The notes under the pieces are model-generated. The model worked only from the letters and a program-made list of their open reading frames with translations. It was not told the DNA's origin and made no database searches. The position numbers were made by a program, and so were the translations under genes. A stretch of 64,000 bases of DNA. Source: Mobula hypostoma. Lineage: Eukaryota. Location of the stretch: contig NC_086097.1 in assembly GCF_963921235.1 (NCBI RefSeq), positions 83,888,001-83,952,000 on the forward strand, given 5' to 3'. Of this stretch, positions 1-10,853 are shown piece after piece; positions within the stretch are counted from its first letter, which is position 1, and each line of letters opens with the position of its first letter.

Positions 1-169
1 TTTTAAAATGGGTCAGTGTCATTTCTTAAAGGCGATGCATTGTTTAAGCAGATGACTATTCCGGTACAGTTGTCAGATATTCAGGAAGATTCAAAGCTGT
101 TTATGTGAGATTAACAGTGTGATCTTAGTTTGGAATGTCACCACAGACAGATACATCCTCTTTCTGAAA

Positions 170-845
170 CAAAAGGCACCAGGGGGAGGTGATAGGCAGG
201 TGAGGAAAAGAAGTAAGAGAGGAGCCAGTGTAGGGAATTGAAGAAGAGGGAATGGGGAGGGAGGAAAGTTGAAATAGATGTTCATGTCATCAGGTTGGAG
301 GCTATCTAGAAGGGAATATGAGGTATTGCTCCTCCAACCTCAAAGTGACCTCATCGTGGCAGAAGAAGAGGTCATGGACAGACATTTTGGAACGGGAATA
401 GGGATAGGAATTAAAATGGTTGGCCACCGAGAAATTCCGCTTTTTGCGGATGGAGCAGAGTTGTTTGACAAAGTTGTCAATATCTATCCCCTCCCCCTGG
501 TACTCCTCCTCTTTCCCTTTCTCCCATGGTCTACTCTCCTCTCCTATTAGATTCCTTCTTCTCCAGCCCTTTGCCTTTTACATCTATCACCTCCCAGTTT
601 CTTACTTCATTCCCCCTGCCCTCACCTCTCCCTTACCCACTTGGCTTCACCTATCACCTTGCTTTCTTTCTTCCATCTTCTTATTCGGGCATCTTCCCCC
701 TTCCTTTCCAGTCATGGTGAAAGGTCTTGGTCTGAGAAGTCAACTGTTTATTCATTTAATTAGATGCTGCCTGACCTGCTGAATTCCTCCAGCATTTAGT
801 GTGTGTTGCTCGAGATTTCCAGCATTTGCAGAGTCTCATGTATTT
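170..845. mobile_element. Penelope-like repeat fragments in inverted arrangement (minus copy ~170-480, plus copy ~481-845)
   Basis: Purine-rich then pyrimidine-rich halves of one repeat, ending in the GATGCTGCCTGACCTGCTGA..TCCTCCAGCATTT motif that recurs at ~1030, 24310, 33450, 34250, 46740 and 47450. Degenerate hammerhead core at 710-745. Confidence 0.55.
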
Positions 846-1021
846 ATGATTTGCAGAATAGTGAGGTAGTGTTCATGAACAATTTAGAACTTTAATGGCT
901 GAAGGGAAGAAGCTGTTCCTAAAATGCTGAGTGTGCATTTTCAGGAGCAGACATTTTGTGATATGTCTTAGATATCATTATTTTGCCTACATTTTGCACT
1001 ATAGTTACAACATCAAATTTC

Positions 1022-1345
1022 ACAACACACACTAAATGCTGGAGGAACTCAGTAGGTTAGGCAGCATTTATGGAAATGAATAAATAGTCGATGTTTCAGG
1101 CTGACGCCCTTCTTCAGGACTGAGAGAGAAGGGGGAAGATGCCAGAATAAAAAGATGGGGGGGGGGTGGAAAGAGGCTACCCAGAAGGTGATAGGTGAAG
1201 CCACGTGGTTGGAAAACATAAGGAGTTGGGGAGGAAGGATAGGAGGATCTGATGGGAGAGGAGAGCGGACCATAGGAGAAAGGGAAGGAGGAGAGGACCC
1301 AGGGGAGGTGATAGGCAGGTAAGAAGAGGTGAAAGCCCAGAGTGG
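1022..1345 (-). mobile_element. Penelope-like terminal repeat copy
   Basis: Reverse complement of the 490-805 copy; contains a hammerhead-like core at 1086-1121. Confidence 0.6.
1086..1121 (-). ncRNA. Minimal type I hammerhead ribozyme-like motif
   Basis: Minus strand reads AGTC-CTGAAGA-AGGGCGTCAGCCT-GAAAC-ATC-GACT: stem I AGTC/GACT, CUGANGA box, short stem II, GAAA box and an NUH triplet. Confidence 0.55.
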
Positions 1346-1673
1346 TTCATGAGAATAAATCTGATTCTGACTTGAAATTTTCACTGTTTCTCTACAGAAT
1401 GCTACCTGACCTGAATATTTATTGCAATTGAAATGGAAATGGTTGTACTTGGCAGTATTCAGGGTGCAATGTTGTTTGTGGTTTTGAGCACAGTAGAACT
1501 CCCACGGCATTGTTTTCCTCTCGCCGTGTTAGCAACTGTTTCTAAAGATACGCTAGCTGTTCTAGCTTGCATGGTACTAAACTCCTTATTTTGTTGCAGG
1601 TCTAACAAGGGTGCATTGAGAATAGCACTCAGAGAATACCCAAGTGTGGGAGATACGATGGAGGATGCATTAA

Positions 1674-1895
<222 letters not shown>

Positions 1896-3347
1896 TGATA
1901 GTCGTTCGATTTTTCTGGCCGAGACTACTTGACTACAGTAAAGAATTCATTTAAGAAATGGGTGATGGGTTTAAGAGTGGAATGTTTGCCATGGAAACCA
2001 AAACTGGAGTGACTAGCTGCCCCTGAGACCCAGTTAATAAGCAGGAGAAGTTATGTGCAGTGGGGAGAGCTGTTAACAGTTCTGACACAAGATGCAACAA
2101 ACTAATTAGTGCTAAAGGATGTTCCTTCAGCATGCTTTTGTCTATGCTAATTCTCTCCCTTCTGAGCTGAAGGTAGAGGCTGGGACACATTATTTGTTCT
2201 TCAGTGAGATCACCAAGGAGCATTCCCACGGTGTGACAGTCTTTACTCAGCCGGGCAGAGCTGCATTTTCCATGTCCATTCCAGTGGCACTTGGGAACAA
2301 AGTCACCAGTTAACAAGAGATTCGGGGCAATTTCTTCTTTAGCAGCTTGTAGCTTGAACGTGTCCATGCATTGTGCCTCAGAGAATCGGATAGCATACGC
2401 CAGGTTTAGGGTCTCCGCGGCGTTTCAGTGCTGGTGCTGCAAAGAAGGAAAAAAGCTAGGCTGTAAGGGAAGGAATATCATTGATGGCTTCCCTCCATAG
2501 CAACTGGGTAAAGGGAGGTTGCCTGGCACCAGGAGGTGAAAATTCAGAGGTGATGCATGGGCTGGGAAGAAAATCAAAGTGAATTGCACAATGAGTAACA
2601 TACTATTCCTCATTAAAAGTAGATAATATGTGCTAGAGTAAGATTGTTTCTTAACGGTGTAGTCATCTTTATTCTATAACACACATTAATTTTCAGCTAA
2701 TCATTATATCTGCTCTTTAAACTGCCTGGATTATTAACATCAGGTTTCCATGTTGAAGTGCTGAATATTCTGAATTTTAACATTGCATTGTAATTGTCCA
2801 ATAAAAGTTCTGTTAAAGAAAATGAAAATGGTGCATTGAAAAATAAATATTGAATGTTTTTCTTACATGTTGACTGTAGACTTGCTTTAAAGGAGTTGAA
2901 TGTTTGACCTCGTACCTCTGGCTAAACTCGCCTGTCCTATCACATGCAACTGCTCTCACTGCATATCCTTATCCTGAGCACCGTGTGTCACTGCATCAAA
3001 GGACACATCCACTCTTGGATGTGCAGCTTTGTTAAATTGTATTCATACTTGTTTGTTTTAAGGTACTTCTGAATTTTAAAAAAAATCTTCTATCTAATGA
3101 CGTGGATTTGACAGGAAAATGACAGGGATCAATATTAACAATCATTTAATAATTGAAGTAATATGGGATTACTTCATAATGAAGTAATACGGGATGAAGG
3201 GGAGACTATCATTGTTTACAATTCATGTTCTTTTTGCTCAGTCTCCTGAACAAGCTCAGGTAGAGCAAGCATGCCAGCATGGACTGATTGGGCTAAATAG
3301 CCTGTTTTCATGCGGCTTATACCACGTTGACATCCCAAATTACAAAA

Positions 3348-3662
3348 GGGCGGCACAGCAGCATAGCGGTTAGCACCGTGCTCTACAGCACCAGTGATCA
3401 CCGGCCAGGGTTCAGCTCCTGCCTCTGTCTGTAAGGACTCTGTGTGTTCTCCCTGTGACAGCAGGATTCTCCCTGGCTCTTCCGGTGTCCTCCCGCATTC
3501 CAAAGACGCCTGGTTAGGGTTAATGAATTCTGAGCGTGCTATGTTGACACCAGAAGTGGGGTGACACTTGCAGGCTGCCCCCAGCACAATCTTTGACGCA
3601 AAACAACGCCTTTCACTGTATGTTTCAATGTACGTGTGACAAATAAAACTAATCTTCAATCT
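3348..3662 (+). mobile_element. tRNA-derived SINE with V-SINE-like central domain
   Basis: A-box-like TAGCGGTTAG, B-box-like GGGTTCAGCTCC, central TGTGTTCTCCC..TCCGGTGTCCTCCC..TCCAAAGAC, and a LINE-like tail with AATAAA and ATCTT repeats. Confidence 0.65.
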
Positions 3663-4178
3663 TTAAATTGTTCCAAAGTTCAACTCCGTTAGGGTTTTAT
3701 GTCCTTCCCACTCCTCCATTCCCTGCCCTTCCAGCTCTGAACAAAAGCTTGAAAAATCTGGATTGTGACCACTTCAGAAGGTGCAATACCAATCCACCAT
3801 CCAGTCTTTCCATGGGGTTTGTAAGCAGGGGGTGAAAGCACCTTAAAGATTTCTAATGTGCCCATAATTGTGACGGCCTTTCTACTACTGGTACACTGCA
3901 CCAGTCCTTAGTGGTGAGAGGTCAAAAGTGAGGGATTATCTGGAGATGCCTCCAGTGCTGTTGGCTTGTATGGATAATAATAATTTTTAACTTGCTCAAA
4001 ATTAGAAAACCTAACCATTGATATGCAATTGGTGTATTCTAACTCTTAAAATAAAACTGATTTGGAAAACTCCCCAATTCATCTCTTGTAATTAAAAGGA
4101 AGTCAATTGTTAGTTTTGGTCCCTGTCAGGCAAACCTACTGGGGAGCACAGCAGCTTTCTAGTAGTCTGGATATGAAG

Positions 4179-4386
4179 CTTTATCATTTGGAACCGTGAT
4201 GTTTAAACTGTTGCAATATCTAATATTATGCACTTTGTTTCCTCTTTCCACTTGCATGATCTCTTCCCTTCCCCATTTACCCCTTGCACGCACAACTATT
4301 CACTCTATCCCCGCCCCCTGCCCTCACCCAACAACTGCTGCCTCCATCACCATGCATGGCGTTCCACGTGGCAATGCCTAACCCAG
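4179..4386 (+). promoter_or_regulatory. Extended 3' splice site of the NM exon (AG-free zone, distant branch point, TGCATG and CAC motifs)
   Basis: No AG between 4179 and 4384. TCTAAT at 4219-4224 is followed by a pyrimidine tract. TGCATG at 4253-4258 and 4353-4358. Confidence 0.7.
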
Positions 4387-4467
4387 GATCACTCTGGCAC
4401 CCTTGGAGCAGAGGAATTCAAAGCCTGCCTCATCAGCTTGGGGTACGATATTGGAAATGACGCACAG
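4387..4467 (+). CDS. actn1: Alpha-actinin-1 non-muscle (NM) alternative EF-hand exon
   Basis: cccag acceptor and CAG|gtatt donor; 81 nt. Encodes [27 protein letters not shown], matching the ACTN1 NM exon as recalled. Confidence 0.96.
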
Positions 4468-4495
4468 GTATTGATTGCTAGCATATGATGTGAAG

Positions 4496-4847
4496 TAATG
4501 CACTCCCGTGTGCTGAATTAACTAAACTTGTGTTTTTTTTTCTCTTTTTTTTATCTGTGTTGATCTTATTGTTTCTCTGTGTCTGTGATGAATTGTCTTT
4601 TGTAATTTCTCTTCCTTTTCAATTGACTTTTCTCCAATTGCTTACAACTTTGAATCTGTCTTAATTGAAACATTCTGTACGCTTTTCGTCCATTTAAATC
4701 TCCCTTGGTTTCTGCTTGTGTTTTTTGCTTTGATTCATCGTTGACGTGTTTTTCCACTTGACTTTGCTGTCTCCTTCTCCCTTGTTGCCTAATGATGTTT
4801 CACTGTGTCTATGTCTTGTTGGTGTCTCCTTCCTCCTCTCTCTGTAG
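4496..4847 (+). promoter_or_regulatory. Extended 3' splice site of the SM exon (350-nt AG-free zone with distant branch point)
   Basis: No AG from 4496 to 4845. TTAACTAAAC at 4518-4527 is immediately followed by a long U-rich tract. Confidence 0.75.
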
Positions 4848-4913
4848 AAGAGGACTGGAATGATGGACAGTGATGATTTCAAAGCTTGCCTTATCTCCAT
4901 GGGTTACAATCTG
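4848..4913 (+). CDS. actn1: Alpha-actinin-1 smooth-muscle (SM) alternative EF-hand exon (not in the ORF track)
   Basis: Pyrimidine tract with tgtag acceptor and CTG|gtatg donor; 66 nt. Encodes KRTGMMDSDDFKACLISMGYNL, paralogous to the NM exon and matching the ACTN1 SM exon as recalled. Confidence 0.95.
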
Positions 4914-5304
4914 GTATGGTGACTTCCCGTTCCTTCTATTTTCAATTTATTAGCACTCGGTTCTGAAGCTGGCTGATTAATTCATGTTAACTGGTGTTTG
5001 TCATTGTACAAGTGTTTGGATTAGTGACTTGCTTTATCCAGAAACAGAGTTTGTTGGTTTCCTTGTTTGGGGTTGTTTTTTTTTAACACTAACAATAGTT
5101 TGCCTCTTCTTTCTATGGTGGAGAATTCTACCTTGTCCCAGAGGATTTCCATTTTACAAGAGTGACTAGTTAATATGCTCACATTGATACAGTAAGTTTC
5201 CCATAGATTACTGCAATGTGCCAAGTCGTTATTGCAAAAAATGTCCCTGGTCTGAGAAGTCCTCTCCTCCACTGTAGGTAATCTTGTTGGTACCTTGCAG
5301 GGCT

Positions 5305-5680
5305 TTTAAAATCCTAGAATCGTACAGCACAGAAACAGGCCCTATTGGTCCACTGTATCCATGCTGATCATGATGATTATCTCCACTCATCCCACCTCCC
5401 TCTACGCCTTTTAAATACCTTTTAAACATTGTACTTGTATCTGCCTTTTCCAGCTTCTCTGACAGCTCATTGCAAATAACCATCTCCCCTGATGTGGAAA
5501 ATCTTACCCCTCGATCTACTTTAAATTTCTCCCTTCATACTTCAAACCTGTGCCCTCTAGTTCAAGGCACCCATGTGACTATCTGTCCTAACCATGCTTC
5601 TCGTAATCTTAGAAACCTCCAATAAGATCAGCCCCCTGTGTTCCTGTGAGAGAATAAACCCAGACTCTCCAATCTAATTT
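5305..5680 (-). mobile_element. Decayed CR1-like LINE 3' fragment
   Basis: Resembles the CR1 3' ends at 16560-17000 and 45100-45570. Confidence 0.5.
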
Positions 5681-7859
5681 TTGGGTGATCTACTACAATG
5701 TCAGCAAAGTTAGCTTCAATTTGGAACATCTGCTTTCAAGAGATAATGGATTCCTCGACAGCTTCCATTTTTTTGTGAGGTAGAAGGTGGCTACGTTGGC
5801 CCTTCAAGGCTATCATCCAGATCCCTGCTTTCATGAATGAGATAGACTTACACTGGGAGAAAAATGTTGAGGGGCAATGGTGCAAAGGCAAGGAAATAAA
5901 GTTGAGATACAATTCAGTTCAACCTAGATCTGGGCCAATAGGATGCATGGTTACCACTTGTTCCTATATCCCTTTAAAGTATGGGACTCTGAGCCACAAT
6001 TATGCCTACAGTGTCGCTGTGCCTTTCCTTCCTCTCTCTTCCTGGCCATCCCAATCTGTCATGTGATTTCTGGGTTAGAGAGAATCCCAGGGGAAAGCTC
6101 CTTATCATTGACGCTTAAATGGGACATCATTAAGTGGGGAAGAACGTAAATTGGCAAGGTTTTGATGATGGAGGTGTATTGATTTACATTTGCAAAAGGC
6201 ATTAATGGATATTGAGCAATGACAGCAAAACAGAACTGATCTAAGCAGGCTTTTGAAGCCAAATGGCTTCAGCTGTTTCTACCATTAGCACACAATAAAA
6301 GGACAACCATAGGGAACAGCAACTTTGGATAAAGCAATCCAGACAAATTGTACAGATTGAAAAGGTTAAATATTCAGTAGAGTTTGTTTTTCTTTAAGAT
6401 ATTATTTGGAGCTGGGAATAAGAAAGCAATTTAGATCCTTAAAAAGAATAAGGTAAATAAATTAGCACTTAATTTGGCAACATCCTCTCTTTCACAGGGG
6501 CTGGAAGGTTGGATATGAGATTGCTTTAAGCACTCATTTGAAAAATATTTCTTTGTAATGTTGGTGTTCCGCCAGAGATAAATGGTGCAGGGTATAATGG
6601 ATATATCAGCAACTTAATACTGAGGTATTCCTAAAGTAGGCAAAACTTCTTCCTTGCTCTTGAGTGGGGGTGTAACATAGTCCTGGCAGAATACGTTTCC
6701 CTGTGCTTATACTAGGAGCCAAACTATATTGCAAATTTGGAGGGGAAGTGAGAAAAATTGTTCACGCTATCTAGGGACTCATTAAAACATGAGTTTATTT
6801 GATTTATTAATTGCTAAACTAATACAGATAAGGATTGTATGGTGTAATTTGTTGGTAAACGTTGCCCTTCCTCTCTGGGCACTGAATTTATCTCAAACTC
6901 AAATGGATCCTCGATTTTAGTTCCTCTAAAGCTGCCCAGAGTTATCCTACTGTTATAATTTACACTGTTTCACATAAGGTTGTATATTGGATATATTATG
7001 TCATATCCCCCCTACATAGATAAAAGTTATATCTACAGAAGCAGAGTTTACATGCAACTTTCTTCAGTTCTTTAACTTGTACCACCTCTAGTGTTGTTGC
7101 TGTAATATCTGCTTTCCCCTCCAAAAAAATGCTAAAATACAATTAGACAAGTTCAAATAATAGTAATGTTGACACAGAACTTTCTGCATCCCCCTTAATT
7201 CCACTTCAGCCCAACCCAGTCAGCCGTTGTATGGCAGAGACTGATCATCAACAGCAGATATCTTGGCACAGCAGACCGAGGTTACTCCTAGCTGACCTCC
7301 AGAGATTTGGAAGGCCACATTCGTTGACCAGTCCCTGTAGGTCTCAACCAGGCCAATTTTGGGAGGCTAAGTCAACCCCAACATCCCTTCAAGGAAGGGG
7401 AACTGTGCTTTGTTCTTTGATCTGAACTCCAGCTCGTCTGCAGTTACACCTTCAATAAAGCAGACATGCCTGCACATTATCAGAATAATTGTCAGCATTC
7501 TGGGGATTGGACAATGCCTGTCTCAACACCTTTTGGGTGTGTTATAGTATTATCTTTCTGATTGGGAGGACAGAAAGGGTGAAAACAGAATCAAGTTCTC
7601 AATCCACCTTAACGGCAGAACAAGACTATGAAGGAAAAATACTCAACTTCCCAGTTACAGTCCTAGTTAAACTTTAGTGGGATCAATGACTTTTACTCAA
7701 CAATTCCATCCAAACCCTTGTATGTATGCTTCTATGTTAGACTTAGACTGTTTTTAACAGAAAAAAAATATGTTGGCCTTAGTGTACACAGTTCAGGCAG
7801 TTAGGTATTGGCATGGGATTCCAGAAGAAATTCTTCATTCCCTATACCTAACCCAATCT

Positions 7860-8455
7860 CCTTAGCCTTTGTTGGTCAGGGTCGACCACAGATGTTGCAT
7901 CCTAGCTCTTGAAGTCAATACGCAAGCCGGGGCAGTACAATAAGGAGAGCAAGGTGTTGCCCATGCAGCAAGCTCCCCCTCTCCATGCAGCTGACGAATC
8001 CAAAGGAACAGCAGAGACAAATGTAGTTTGGTCAGTTTGGTACCAGCGGCGTCACAGGAGTTGCCAGTCGGTTTTGTACTCAACATCGGACTGCATTAAG
8101 GACTCCAGCTCTGGATTTTTCCTCGGGGTTTACTCATGAAACCTTCCCCATGAATGGGTATAGCCTCAAGGCAGCGGAGGTCTCAAATCAGTTTTCGTTC
8201 TCCTAGATGAGCTGCCAACCACAGCTGATAAGTCCTATTGGCCAGGAGCAAGTGATTTTATGGTGCCAGTAACCCACCTTTGCCCCTTCTCCTGTCAAGT
8301 AAAAACAGTTCCGCTGGACTTAGTTGCTAAGCCACATGTGAAGGCCAGGAGCTGGATTTGCTTTCAGAGCCTATTTGAAATGCACCCCATTGGGAGCAGC
8401 TAGTGGGAGCTTATCCCCACTACCCCCTCCCCAGCTCTACTAACTTAAGGAACCA
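7860..8455 (-). mobile_element. Non-coding retroposon fragment (RTE-like or SINE-like)
   Basis: GC-richer interspersed-repeat-like block with no meaningful ORF. Family assignment is tentative. Confidence 0.35.
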
Positions 8456-8873
8456 CATTGCCCATATCTCCAACAATATATATCAGAATCCAATAGCTCT
8501 GTAAGTAAAAGTTTGAACAGCAAACTCTCATCATCATTCCCCAAAGCCTCAACTCCATTAACCAACTTTGGGGGAGCTTCCCACCTTCATTTAATGTGAC
8601 TTCCTTTTCCATGTCCAATCTGGCTGCACCTTATCCTGGCATGGGGCAATCTCAGCCCCTCTTCCTCTTCCTCTTAATGTTGCCTCATGGCAACATGATT
8701 CTCACAAAGACAGTTTATATACAAATGCCAGTGATGTTAAGTTCATTTTCTGAAGCCTGTCTGCCTCTTAGCTCTACCATGGTTTCCTGGTGGCTTGCTT
8801 CACATCAGTCCTGGGAAGGGTTGCAACTTTTGGCAGTTCAGTGCAAGCAAAGTCATTCAAGAGTTACATCAGG

Positions 8874-10853
8874 GGGGCGTCACGTGATGACGTGGAATTG
8901 AGACGTGTAAATCCAGCTCTCCCATAAAAAATCAGCAAAGTACTGTTTAACCAAAGTAAAGTTAATAAATACTTTCCGAAAACTACTTATAAACTTCGTA
9001 AGACTACTCTACGATATGCCTCGTAAACCGCAACAGAAGAAGTCTGTTGTTGTGAAGTTGCCGCGATATGGGAAGAAAAAAGGGCCTACTGCAGCGATGG
9101 AGCCTTGGATTCAGGTTGGATCTCCTTCAGAGGAGACGCATTTTACCTCTGGCGTAGAAGAACAGGGAGCAATGGCGGCGGTAGCAGTCTCTCGGAAGAA
9201 GATGCCGGAATTGCGCATGTGCAAATCGACACAATTTAAACTACGAGAACCGACGGCCACTGCAACTGAAAGCAACTCAGTCAGAATTGGATATCACAGA
9301 GAATACAGATGAAGAAGAGGAGGAAGAACTGGAAGAGACTGGAAGTAAAGGAGACGATGAAGACATAAGAGAAGCTTTATTGCAGTTAACGACTGAATTA
9401 AGAAAATTAAGAACAGAGCTTAGAGACGTGAAGATGTGCTATGATAAAGCTATGAAAAGACAGGATAAAATGGATAAGAAACTTCAGAAGATGGAAACAA
9501 CAATGGAGCATATTAACGATAGAGTGGAAAAAACAGAAAATGATGTGCTTGTCTGGAACACGGAAAGAAATCGACTCTGGGAGAAAGTGGACGTGTTGGA
9601 AAATTTTAGTAGACGTAATAACATTAAAATTGTTGGTCTTAGAGAAGGTATAGAGGGAGATAATCCAATAGAATTTTTTCAAAGATGGATCCCGAAAACC
9701 TTGCAAATGAAAGAGGAAGACCGATCAATTGAAATTGAGCGCGTACATAGAGCCCTAAGACCAAAACCACAAGATGACCAATATCCACGATCAATTTTAA
9801 TAAAATTCTTAAGATTTCAAGACAAAGAAAGGATTCTACAGGCCGCTGCCCAAGCTGCCAAGAAGAGAAAAGGGCCACTGATGATAGAAGGGAAGAAAAT
9901 TTTTTTCTACCCTGACATAAGTTATGAACTTTTGAAAAGAAGGAAGAAGTTTAATCCAGTGAAAAAAGCCCTATGGGATCACGGTTATCAATTTATATTG
10001 CGTTATCCTGCAACCTTGAAGATATTTTTGCCTGGTGGAGAAAAAAGATTTTTTGACGATTACCGGAAAGCGGAGGAGTTTGTGCGAGATTCTTTGAAGA
10101 TTCACCAGATACAAGAACAAACTTAGGGGAGCGAGATGGATTGAAGATGAAGACTGGATCAAGGATTAGGCCTGTTGAATTTTTAGGCGGATGAATATAT
10201 AAATATATTATTAATTATATGAGGGAGGGGAAGAAAGGTTAAAATTTGAGGAATATTAGCTGGGAATAATATTAATTTTTTTCTATATATATATATAATT
10301 TTTTGTTACGGGGGAGCTGGAAGAAACACTGTCCAATTGCTACGTTATTCATGTGTGCAAGCGTGGCAATAGCCACCCATATCTTTTCATTCACAGCATT
10401 AGTGGGGGGGTATTTTGTTTTTTTCTTTTTTTGTATCTTCTATCTTTTTTTTCTTTTTGCCTGGATGATTTGGAGGGAAACACATAGCAACATGGTGAAG
10501 TTCAAAGAGATTTCCCCAGGGTACTATGAGAGTTGAGAAGCTAAGTAATGTTTTAGATTTTAAGAGATAAATATGTAACATTTTTGAATATTTGGAGCCC
10601 TTATTTATAGCTCCGATGATGAAGATCTTGGTTCCTTGGGGGAAAGTAACAAATATATATAAAATTTATTTTTATCTCATGGAGCATGTGCAAACTTTCC
10701 AATATTCAGGCAGTTCCTTTTTTTTTCTTTTTTTCTTTTCTTTTTAGGTAGGAGTATATATCAGGAGGGGGAGGGTTAAGGGGAGGGGGGAGGGTAGATA
10801 TTTTTTTCTCTCATGTATCACTTGAAAACTCAATAAAAATTATATATAAAAAA
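8874..10853 (+). mobile_element. L1-clade element with ORF1 but essentially no ORF2 (half-L1-like)
   Basis: 15-bp TSD AAGAGTTACATCAGG at 8859-8873 and 10854-10868. G-run 5' start, ORF1, G-rich 3'UTR, AATAAA at 10832-10837 and an A-rich tail. Confidence 0.9.
9016..10126 (+). pseudogene. L1 ORF1p (coiled coil, RRM, CTD) with a single frameshift near 9280
   Basis: Motifs LENFSRRNNIKIVGLREG, IERVHR, PRSILIKFLRFQDKERIL, FFYPDIS and LRYPATLKI. ORFs 9016-9312 and 9287-10126 overlap in different frames. Confidence 0.88.
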
